A stretch of 64,000 nt of DNA from the NCBI GenBank assembly GCA_031396695.1, contig JANNLG010000056.1, forward strand, positions 3,853 through 67,852, given 5' to 3'. Under the pieces are notes generated by a model. That model was given only the letters and a program-made list of their open reading frames with translations, made no database searches and had not been told where the DNA came from. Numbering within the stretch: position 1 is the first letter of the stretch; the number at the start of each line of letters is the position of its first letter. A program made the translations under genes and the position numbers. The stretch comes from Deltaproteobacteria bacterium (GTDB lineage: Bacteria; Myxococcota_A; UBA9160; SZUA-336). Shown here piece after piece: positions 37,749 through 45,792 of the stretch.

Positions 37749-40367
37749 ATGAGCGTCTCCTCCAAGTCGAACGTCCGAGCTCTCCTGTCGCTGCTTCTGG
37801 CGGCGGCGGTTTCGAGCGCGTCCGTTCACGCGGCAGAGACCTCGATCGACGTCACCAAGACCGCCGCTTCGCTGCCCGCGGCTCACCTGCTCGAGGCTGC
37901 GCGCGCAAAGAACGTGCTCGGTGTCGGCAAGGCGCTCGCGGACGGCGCGCCGCTCGAGTCGCGAGGTTCCGACGGCGCGACGGCGCTGCTGCTCGCCTCG
38001 CGCGCGGGCTCGGCCGAGATCGTCGAGCTGCTGATCGAAGCCGGCGCGAACGTCAAGGTGAGCGACGTCTCCGGCTTCACGGCGCTGATGCGCGCGGGCG
38101 AGCGCGGCCACCTCGACATCGCGCAGCGCCTGCTCGAAGCCGGCGTCTCGGCTAACGCGCAGAACGTCTCCGGCGCCTCCGCGCTTCAGCTCGCCGCATC
38201 CGAAGGCAAGCTGCCGATCGTGCGGCTCCTGCTCGAGCACCAGGCCGATCCGAATCTGCGCGACCAGAGCGGCGAGACGCCGCTGATGGTCGCGGCGCGC
38301 AACGGCAAGACCCGCATCGTGGATGCGCTGGTCAAGGCGGGTGCGCGCGTGAACGAGCGCTCCAGCGACGGACGATCCGCGCTGATGTTCGCCGCCGGCA
38401 CTGGCCGCACCTACACCGTCGGCGCGCTGCTGGCCGCGGGCGCGGATCCGGCCGCGATCGATGACGCCGGCGCCAGCGCGCGCGAGCACGCGCAGCGAGC
38501 CAAACGCGGCGACATCGCGAACCTGCTGCAGGCGCTCGAGGCGCTGCCGGAGGACTCGGCGATCGGCACGTCGTTCGTGATTGCGGAGGGCGCGGACATC
38601 GAGATCGGCCGACCCACCACCTCGACGCTGATCTCGGCGCTGCTGGCCAAGGGCGCCGACGTGAATGCGCGCTCGTCCGAGGGCAAGACTGCGCTCCTGC
38701 TCGCCGCCGAACGCGGTCGCACGGAGACCGTCTCGAAGCTGATCAAGAGCGGCGCCGACGTGGACGCGGCCGACGCCAGCGGTCAAACGGCCGTCGAGCG
38801 CGCCGCGCGCGAAGGCCATCGCGAGATCGTGTCGACGCTGCGCCGCGCGGGCGCGGACGTCTCGCAGACCGATCCGACCGTGCTGATCCCCGAGCTCAAG
38901 GCCGCGGGTGATCTGTTCGTGGACGCGGCGCGCACCGGCGATGTGAAGCTGCTGCGGCAGATGATCGAGAAAGGCATCGATCTCGACGGCATGACGCACG
39001 GCGGCCAGACCGCGCTCGGCGAGGCCGCGCGCCAGGGCGAGGTCGAATCCGCCACGATCCTGATCGAGGCCGGCGCGACCGTCGACGACACCACGAATGC
39101 GGGCCAGACGCCGCTGATCCGCGCGGTGAGCGAAGGCCGCACCGACATCGTGAAGCTGCTCGTGCTGTCGGGCGCGGATGTGAATCGCGCCACCCACTCC
39201 GGCACCACGCCGCTGATGGAAGCCTCGACGTCGGGTGTGGAAGCGGTCGTGCGCATCCTGCTCGAAGCCGGCGCCGACACGCGTGTGGGCGTCGAGACCG
39301 GCCAAAGCGCGCTCTCGCGCGCCGCGCGCGAGGGTCACAACTCGATCGTCGAGCTGCTGCTCGCGCGCGATCCCGGTCTCTCCGTGCGAGGCGCGCAAGG
39401 TGACATCGCGCTGACCCGCGCCGCGCAGACGGGCCAGGTGCAGACGGTCGTCACGCTGCTGCGCTCGGGCGCCGATCCGAACGCGCGCGATCGCAAGGGT
39501 CTGCCGGCGCTGGTGCTCGCCGCACGCGAGGCTCACACCGAGGTGATGGCCGAGCTGCTGCGCGCGGGCGCGGACCCGAACGGCCGCACGCGCAACGGCC
39601 AGACGCCGCTGATGTTCGCGGCCATGAACGGCCGCGCTCCGGCCGTGACCGCGTTGCTCAAGGGCGGCGCGCACGCCAACGATCGCAGTTTCACCGGCCA
39701 GACGCCGCTGATGTACGCCGCCTGGAAGGGCCGCACGCGCGCGATCTTCGCGCTGCTCGGCGCTGGCGCCGAAGTGAACGCGCGCGCCGAGGACGGTCAG
39801 ACCGCGCTGATCCGTGCGGTCCGCGAGGGGCAGCTCGAGGCCGCGCGTGCGCTGTTGAAGCACGGTGCGGATCCGAACCAGGTCGATCGCCAGGGCTGGT
39901 CACCGCTGCTCTACGCCGCGGCGGCCGGTCACGGTCAGCTCGCGCTGTTCCTGCTCGAGAAAGGCGCCGATCCCAATGCCAAGGGCTCCGACGGCCGCAC
40001 TGCGCTCATGCTCGCGGCCCTCCTGCCCAGCGACGTCGAAGCCTCCGGTCGCCGCGACGACTCGAACAAGGCGCTCGTGAAGGCGGCGCGCGACGGCCAC
40101 ACCTCGTACCTGCGCTCGCTGCTCGCGAAGGGCGCGGGCCCAGACACGCGCGACGAGAACGGCTGGACGCCGCTGATCCACGCCTCGGCCGCGGGTCACG
40201 AAGAGATCGTGCAGTTCCTGCTGCAGAGCGGCGCCGCGCCGAACGCGCGCACCGCCACCGGCCTGACCGCGGCCACGCTGGCCTCGGCGCACGGCCACGC
40301 GCTGATCGTCCGCATGCTGTTCGACGCGGAGCACGGCGTTGGTCAGCAAGCGCGCACGCCGAACTGA
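37749..40367 (+). CDS. Secreted ankyrin-repeat protein (872 aa, about 24 ANK repeats)
   Basis: Signal peptide LLSLLLAAAVSSASVHA, then tandem 33-aa ANK units (..GxTALMxAAxxGHxxIVxxLLxAGADVNA..) across the entire length. Confidence 0.85.
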   Translation: MSVSSKSNVRALLSLLLAAAVSSASVHAAETSIDVTKTAASLPAAHLLEAARAKNVLGVGKALADGAPLESRGSDGATALLLASRAGSAEIVELLIEAGANVKVSDVSGFTALMRAGERGHLDIAQRLLEAGVSANAQNVSGASALQLAASEGKLPIVRLLLEHQADPNLRDQSGETPLMVAARNGKTRIVDALVKAGARVNERSSDGRSALMFAAGTGRTYTVGALLAAGADPAAIDDAGASAREHAQRAKRGDIANLLQALEALPEDSAIGTSFVIAEGADIEIGRPTTSTLISALLAKGADVNARSSEGKTALLLAAERGRTETVSKLIKSGADVDAADASGQTAVERAAREGHREIVSTLRRAGADVSQTDPTVLIPELKAAGDLFVDAARTGDVKLLRQMIEKGIDLDGMTHGGQTALGEAARQGEVESATILIEAGATVDDTTNAGQTPLIRAVSEGRTDIVKLLVLSGADVNRATHSGTTPLMEASTSGVEAVVRILLEAGADTRVGVETGQSALSRAAREGHNSIVELLLARDPGLSVRGAQGDIALTRAAQTGQVQTVVTLLRSGADPNARDRKGLPALVLAAREAHTEVMAELLRAGADPNGRTRNGQTPLMFAAMNGRAPAVTALLKGGAHANDRSFTGQTPLMYAAWKGRTRAIFALLGAGAEVNARAEDGQTALIRAVREGQLEAARALLKHGADPNQVDRQGWSPLLYAAAAGHGQLALFLLEKGADPNAKGSDGRTALMLAALLPSDVEASGRRDDSNKALVKAARDGHTSYLRSLLAKGAGPDTRDENGWTPLIHASAAGHEEIVQFLLQSGAAPNARTATGLTAATLASAHGHALIVRMLFDAEHGVGQQARTPN

Positions 40368-40396
40368 GCGACGCGCGGGCCACGGGCTCCGAGCCG

Positions 40397-41209
40397 TTGC
40401 GAATCCGTGACGCGCTCGGGCGCGAGCACGCGTTCGCGGCCCCGCCGCGCCGAATCGTCTCGCTCGTACCGTCGCTGACCGAGACGCTGTTCGCGCTGGG
40501 CGTGAACGAATCGCTCGCGGGCGTGACCGACTTCTGTGTCCACCCGGCCGACGGCGTCGCGTCGAAGGCGCGCGTCGGCGGCACCAAGAACCCGAACCTG
40601 GCGGCGATCCGCGCGCTCGCGCCCGACCTCGTGCTCGCGAACAAGGAAGAGAACCGACGCCGCGACGTCGAGGCGCTCGAGGCCGACGGCGTGCCGGTTT
40701 TCGTCACCTACGCGCGCACGGTGCTCGAGGCGGTCGACGAGATCCGGCTGCTGGGGCGCCTCTGCGCCAGCCCGGAGCGCGCTGCGAGCCTCGCCGCGGA
40801 GGTCGAGACCGAGCTCGCGCGCGCGGCCGCGCACAGAGCCGCCCGCGCGCCCACGGCCACGGTCGCGCTCGTCTGGCGCGAGCCGTTCATGGTGGTGGGC
40901 GGCGACACCTTCGCGCACGACTTGTTGCGCTGCTGCGGCGCGCGCAACCCGTTCGCCGATGCCGGCACGAGCCGCTATCCGCGCGTGGACCTGCGCGCGC
41001 TCGAAGCCGCGCAGCCCGAAGTCATCCTGCTGCCCACGGAGCCGTACGCGTTCGGCGAGCGCGATCGCGACGAGCTGCTGGCGCTCGACTGCCCCGCGTC
41101 GCGAGACGGACGCGTGCACGTGATCGAGGGCGAGCTCTTGTCCTGGTACGGCCCGCGCATGCCGCGCGCGCTGCGCACGATCGCGCGCTTGCTACTTCCA
41201 GGTGCCTGA
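40397..41209 (+). CDS. TroA/BtuF-like (class 8 periplasmic-binding-protein fold) substrate-binding protein without an obvious signal peptide
   Basis: ..RIVSLVPSLTETLFALGV..LAGVTDFCV..PDLVLAN.. matches the cobalamin/siderophore-binding helical-backbone receptor pattern. TTG start 30 nt after the ankyrin stop. Confidence 0.65.
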   Translation: MRIRDALGREHAFAAPPRRIVSLVPSLTETLFALGVNESLAGVTDFCVHPADGVASKARVGGTKNPNLAAIRALAPDLVLANKEENRRRDVEALEADGVPVFVTYARTVLEAVDEIRLLGRLCASPERAASLAAEVETELARAAAHRAARAPTATVALVWREPFMVVGGDTFAHDLLRCCGARNPFADAGTSRYPRVDLRALEAAQPEVILLPTEPYAFGERDRDELLALDCPASRDGRVHVIEGELLSWYGPRMPRALRTIARLLLPGA

Positions 41210-42253
41210 GCCGCCGAGCGCCGTGCCGCAGCTCGCGCAGAAACGTGCATCGGCCTCGTTCAGCGCTTTGCAGCTCGAGCAGGCCACGCTGGCGGCGCCC
41301 TGGCGCACGCCGCAGCGCGAGCAGAAGTTCGCACCGGCTGCGACCGCCGAGCCGCAGGCCACGCACTTCGGTGTCGCGGCCGCGGCCGAGCCGCCGCCGA
41401 GTGCGTTCGTCACGACACCCGCCATGCCCGCGCCGAGCCCGAGACCCGCGCCTGCGCCGACGCCCGCCGCCGCGAGGCCGGAGCCCCCGCCGCCGCCCGA
41501 GCCGGCCGCCTTCTCGAGGGCATTGGCCGCCTGGTAGCGCACGAACGAATCGAGCGAGCCGACCGCGGCCATGCCGCCGCGCTTGTCGATCATCTCCTGC
41601 ACGTGGTCCGGCGGGGAGATCGACATGATCTTGAAGTCCGCGAGCGTCACGCCGTACTTCTCGAAGTCCGAGATCAGCCGAGCCTGGATGCCGGCCGACA
41701 GCTCGACGTAGTACTGCGCGAGATCGAGGATCGTCGACAGGTGCGAGCCGAGGAAATCGGCCACCTGGTTGACGATGAAGCCACGGAAGAAGCCCTCGAC
41801 GGCCTCGCTCTTCAATTCCGGCAGAGTCCCGACGACGGTATTCAGGAACACCTGCGGGTTCGAGATCCGGAACGAGTACATGCCGAACGCGCGCAGCCGC
41901 ACCATCTGCAGCTCGCTGTCGCGGAACAGGATCGGCTCCATCGTGCCCCACTTCTGGTTCACGAACGTCTTCAGGTTCGTGAAGCAGACCTCGGCGCGGA
42001 AGGGGCTCTTGCCGCCCATCGGCAGCGAGAGGGCCTTCGTCAGCAGCGGGATGTTCAGCGTCGAGAGCGTGTGCCGGCCCGCGCGAAAGGTGTCGAGCGC
42101 GCGGCCGTCGCGGAAGAAGATCGCGGCCTGGCTCTCGCGCACCACGAGCTGCGCGCCCAGCTTGAGCTCGGCCGAGCCCGCTTCGGGAAAGCGCGACACG
42201 ATCGTGTCGGAGCTGCTGTCGAGACACTCGATGACTTCAATGAACTGCGACAT
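41192..42253 (-). CDS. SPFH/band-7 domain protein with a Gly/Ala-rich linker and a C-terminal double zinc ribbon (COG4260-like)
   Basis: SPFH core (..AIFFRDGRALDTFRAGRHTL..FRAEVCFTNLKTF..), a GGGGGSGLAAAGVGAGAG linker, then CVACGSAV..CSRCG and CSSCKAL..CASCG. GAGGTGAG precedes the ATG. Confidence 0.8.
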   Translation of the reverse strand: MSQFIEVIECLDSSSDTIVSRFPEAGSAELKLGAQLVVRESQAAIFFRDGRALDTFRAGRHTLSTLNIPLLTKALSLPMGGKSPFRAEVCFTNLKTFVNQKWGTMEPILFRDSELQMVRLRAFGMYSFRISNPQVFLNTVVGTLPELKSEAVEGFFRGFIVNQVADFLGSHLSTILDLAQYYVELSAGIQARLISDFEKYGVTLADFKIMSISPPDHVQEMIDKRGGMAAVGSLDSFVRYQAANALEKAAGSGGGGGSGLAAAGVGAGAGLGLGAGMAGVVTNALGGGSAAAATPKCVACGSAVAAGANFCSRCGVRQGAASVACSSCKALNEADARFCASCGTALGGSGTWK

Positions 42254-42256
42254 GAC

Positions 42257-42745
42257 TCACCTCGATCCCAGGCCCAGTATGGCGGTTCGCCGATCGGCGA
42301 GCGCCAGCCCGAGCCGCTTCACGACCGCGCGCACGGACGCGGCTTGGAATTCCACGTCCGCGACCTGCGCGGCGATCTGTTCGATCTGATCCACGATCCG
42401 CTCGTCCTTCTCGTAGACCGCGTCGAGCCGCGAAGAGGCGTCGAGCTTGACCTCGTCGAAGAAGCCCGAGTAGCCGCGATCCGCGTGGCGCAGCTCGGCG
42501 CGCAGCTTCTCCACGTCGTTCATCAGCTCGTGCAGGTCGTTCAGCTGATCGAGCGCGGAGTTGGCCGCGACCTCGTGCAGCTCGCGCACCACGCGCTCGA
42601 GCCGGGTCGCGCCGTGATCGCGCAGCAGCTTGTCGGCCTCGCGCCGCGCCTCGCGCTCCGCGTAGCCGCGAAAGCCGGGGATGCGCCCCACCAGGCGCTC
42701 GAGCGCGTTGCGCTGCTCGCGAATCGTCTCTTTGACTCTCGCCAT
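42257..42745 (-). CDS. Small (162 aa) predicted coiled-coil protein of unknown function
   Basis: It is the C-terminal portion of an overlong track ORF. Its own ATG is preceded by GGGAGG, and its stop is 3 nt from the SPFH start (likely translational coupling). Confidence 0.55.
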   Translation of the reverse strand: MARVKETIREQRNALERLVGRIPGFRGYAEREARREADKLLRDHGATRLERVVRELHEVAANSALDQLNDLHELMNDVEKLRAELRHADRGYSGFFDEVKLDASSRLDAVYEKDERIVDQIEQIAAQVADVEFQAASVRAVVKRLGLALADRRTAILGLGSR

Positions 42746-42852
42746 GGCTGGCCTCCCGTGCCCGTACGCGCCACGCGGGATCAGACGCGCGCGGCTGCAA
42801 GGCTGCTTCGGCGCGGCTCCGGAGCGGCTTGAGGCGAGCGCCGGCGCGCCCT

Positions 42853-44502
42853 TCAGGCCAGCGAGAAGGCCCGGGACAAGCGCGGCAGGCGGCCGTCGTC
42901 CGCCAATACCTCGAGCGGCACCGGGCGCATGCCGGGCGAGGCGGCCGCGGGATCCCCGCCCGCGTCGGCGGGGCACGGGAACCAGTGGCCGCCGAACAGC
43001 GCGAGCGGCAGCACCGTGAGCTGCGGGTCGCCGGCCTCGAGCTGCGCATCCATGACCAGCTTCTTGAAGCTCATCCCGTTCAAGCTGCGGGTACTTTGGG
43101 CGTCGTGCAGCGCCACCAGCGTGTAGCGCGCGAGCGCGACTGCCTCGCTGGGCTCGAGCTCGACGTCGAGCAGCCGGATCGCGTCGACGGACGATGCGCG
43201 CTCGACGCGCACGGGCGGCTGACGCCAGGTGGCGGTCGCGGCGAGCGCGCCGAACGCGTCGTCGAGCGGACGCGAGCCGAGCAGCGCGCGCGCGGGAATG
43301 AACAGGCGGCTCTGCGCGGGATCCTGCTCGCGGTAGCGCGTTGCGGCCGGCTGCGGTGCGACCGCCTCGAGCCAGTCCCAGACGCGCGTGAAGTCGCGAC
43401 CACCGGCGCGCACGCAAAAGGGCAGGGACCAGAACGGGAAGCCGATCAGCGCGTCGGGCCGCGGACCCTCGGGCATTGCGCCGAACGCGTAGGCGTAGCT
43501 CTCGAGCCCGTCCGGCGTGATCCGGATGCCGAGCGCGCAGCTCGCGCAGAACGCGATCTTCGCGCGTTTGGGGAGCGTGAGCGCCGCACCGCAGTTCGGG
43601 CACTCCGAGGCGAGCGCGCGCAGGCGCGGCTTCACCATCACGTCCGCGACCGCGCGCTCGGGCAGCGCGCGAAAAACCGCGGCCTCGTCGCCCGAGAGCT
43701 TGCCGGCGATCGTGTCGAACTGGCGGTCGACCAGATAGTCCTCGGCCGTGCCCGCGCGCCGCACGCGCGCCGCGCTCATGTGCTTCCAGATCGAGAGCCG
43801 GCGCTCCCGCACCACGCCGTCGATCTGCGTGATCACCTGCGCGCCGGTGTCGAGCTTGAAGCGCGCGCGGTCCGCGCGCAGGCCGACGCGGTTCGGTGTC
43901 GCGTCGGCGGATTCGAGGTAGCGGTTTCCGCCCCCCTGACGGTGTGCCTCGGCCAGCAGCTCGAGGCGCGAGCCGCGGATCTTCAAGCCACGGTCGCGCA
44001 GGTTCAGCCGCGCCGGGTCGTAGCGCCGGCGCAGGTCCTCCGTGCGGAAGCACTGCACGAAGCTCTCCTTCGCGGCGCCGCGCCGGCCGAGCACGCCCTG
44101 CACGACCGTGCGCTCGTGCAGCTCGTACGGCACCAGGAAGTCGATCGTGTCGACCGGCTCGAGCTCGGCCTCGAGCTTCGCGCGCAGGAGCGCCACGCGC
44201 GCCTCGATCAGCGCCGGGATCTCGAGCGAGAGTCCTTCCTGGTTCTTGGCGTTGCCGGTGAGCTCGTTGCGGTAGCTCTCGGTCTCGAAGCGGATCAGGA
44301 GCTCGACCACGTCGAGCACCGCACCCTGCTTCACGGTCGAGACGACGAACACCTCCTCGCCCAGCAGCCGGCCGCAGGCGAGCAGCGAGCCGCAGTAGGC
44401 GCAGGCGGCGGATTCGTCCCAGATCCCGACGACGATCGCGGCGCCACACTCCGGGCAGTGCAGCTCCACCTCGAGCGGTTCGGCGCCGTCGTCTTCCGCC
44501 AT
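42853..44502 (-). CDS. Hypothetical protein (549 aa) with two CxxC...CxxC zinc-ribbon motifs
   Basis: CPECG..CAYCG at the N-terminus and CPNCG..CASC mid-protein. Composition is protein-like, unlike the overlapping Arg/Ala-rich antisense ORFs. No clear SD sequence. Confidence 0.6.
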   Translation of the reverse strand: MAEDDGAEPLEVELHCPECGAAIVVGIWDESAACAYCGSLLACGRLLGEEVFVVSTVKQGAVLDVVELLIRFETESYRNELTGNAKNQEGLSLEIPALIEARVALLRAKLEAELEPVDTIDFLVPYELHERTVVQGVLGRRGAAKESFVQCFRTEDLRRRYDPARLNLRDRGLKIRGSRLELLAEAHRQGGGNRYLESADATPNRVGLRADRARFKLDTGAQVITQIDGVVRERRLSIWKHMSAARVRRAGTAEDYLVDRQFDTIAGKLSGDEAAVFRALPERAVADVMVKPRLRALASECPNCGAALTLPKRAKIAFCASCALGIRITPDGLESYAYAFGAMPEGPRPDALIGFPFWSLPFCVRAGGRDFTRVWDWLEAVAPQPAATRYREQDPAQSRLFIPARALLGSRPLDDAFGALAATATWRQPPVRVERASSVDAIRLLDVELEPSEAVALARYTLVALHDAQSTRSLNGMSFKKLVMDAQLEAGDPQLTVLPLALFGGHWFPCPADAGGDPAAASPGMRPVPLEVLADDGRLPRLSRAFSLA

Positions 44503-44553
44503 GGGGGAGGGATCGGAGAGGCGCTTCGAGTTCTTGCGGCCCGCCGCTCCAGC

Positions 44554-45609
44554 TCAGCGGTTGCGCTGCGCGGCGAGCGATTCGTAGCTGGGCTTGCCGT
44601 TCGCGTCCCACTCGCGGAACAGCTCGAAGAACTCCGGACCCATCGGGTTCTTGCCGCGAATCGGCATCGAGCCGCGCCGGATCGTCCAGTCGTTGGGCGA
44701 CAGCTCGCCCGCGCGCACGAAGTGGCGCTCGGCGGCTTCGACCTGACCCTGCTGGTGCAGGCGCCAGGCGAGCGAGAACTCCGCGCGTGCGAGCTCCTCG
44801 TCGGGCGTCGGCGGAACCGTGCGCTTCGCGATCTGTTCCGCAGGAACGTCGCTCTTCCCGCTCCGCACCCAGGCGCGCACGGCGGCGAGGAACGGCGCCG
44901 ACTCGCGGCCGTGGAACTGCTTGAACATGTCCGTGCCGTACTCCATCGCGCTTGGCCGCGCGATCCGGCCTGCCTCGTCGATGAACACCACCGTCGGCAC
45001 GTTGATCATCCCGTACAGGTGGGCGACGCGGTGTTCGGTGTCGATCAGGCTCGGATGCGTCGGCCGCGCCTTGTCGATGAACGGGCGCGCGTCGTCGGCC
45101 GACCTGTCCAGCGCGACCGTGACGGGCACGAAGCCGGAGTCGCCGAGCTCCTCGTACAGCGCCTGCCACACGGGCAGGTCCTCACGACAGCCTCACCAGG
45201 AGGCGTAGGCGACGAGCAGCACCTTCTTTCCGCGCAAGCCGCCGAGCGACCACTCCCGCCCCGTCAGATCGGGCAGGCGGAAGTCCGGCGCGATGCCCCC
45301 TTTCAGCACCTCGCCGCGCTCGCGGGCCGAGGCGCCCAGCGAGGCAATGCGCTCGTCGAGATCGAGCGCGAGCGGGCGCTGCAGGAGCTCGGCCAGCGCC
45401 TGGAGGTCGACCTTGCCGTCGGCGACCACACCCGCGCGGCCGGCGATCGGCACGCAAACGTCGCCGAGGCACAGGCCCTCGGGCTTCAGCACCCAGCCCA
45501 GCGACCGTTCGAGCGCGTTTGGGGAGAGCCGCACGCGACCGCCAGCGAGATCGGCCGCGACGGACGTCGCGCGGCCCTCGTCGAGAATCGTGAAGGGATG
45601 TTCGGCCAT
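44554..45609 (-). CDS. Thioredoxin-fold (TlpA/ResA/redoxin-like) selenoprotein, 351 codons, with an in-frame TGA (Sec) replacing the first active-site Cys (..LVAYASW-U-GCREDLP..)
   Basis: Track ORFs 45193..45750 and 44554..45171 are in the same frame, separated only by a TGA at 45193-45195 (complement). Their fused translation gives APDFRLPDLTGREWSLGGLRGKKVLLVAYASW-U-GCREDLPVWQALYEELGDSGFVPVTVALD..VPTVVFIDEAGRIA, collinear with TlpA (APDFTLPDLDGK..GKVVLVNFWASWCxPCRxE..). GAGGAGG lies 5 nt upstream of ATG 45609. Confidence 0.75.
45162..45178 (-). promoter_or_regulatory. SECIS-like hairpin 14 nt downstream of the UGA of the Trx-like selenoprotein
   Basis: CCUGCC-CGUGU-GGCAGG: a perfect 6-bp stem with a 5-nt loop containing G and U. 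Position matches a bacterial SECIS. Confidence 0.45.
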
Positions 45610-45792
45610 CGGGCCTCCTCGCCACGCGATTCTGCGCGCGCGCACAGCGTTGGCGCAAGCGCGTCGAGAAAGCCGTGTTGCGGCGTGGGTTACGCGATAG
45701 ATTTGCCGATCGCGCAGAGCGCGCGCCCCTTTTCGGGTGCGCCGGGACACTATCTAGGACGAGGACCGCGGCACCCGTGCGCGCGGCGAGAG

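Noticed and set aside
37581-39863. 760-aa minus-strand ORF antisense to the ankyrin gene
   Set aside because: Typical high-GC antisense open frame (Arg/Ala/Gly-rich, no domain pattern). The plus-strand ankyrin reading has regular 33-aa repeats.
45193-45195. Reading the TGA inside the Trx-like gene as a genuine stop with a separate downstream GTG-initiated gene
   Set aside because: That would cut a thioredoxin fold exactly between the W and the redox motif, leaving neither half functional. The downstream GTG lies inside the predicted SECIS-like hairpin and has no SD, and the same frame continues for 205 more codons. A sequencing indel remains a formal alternative for the odd U-G-C spacing.
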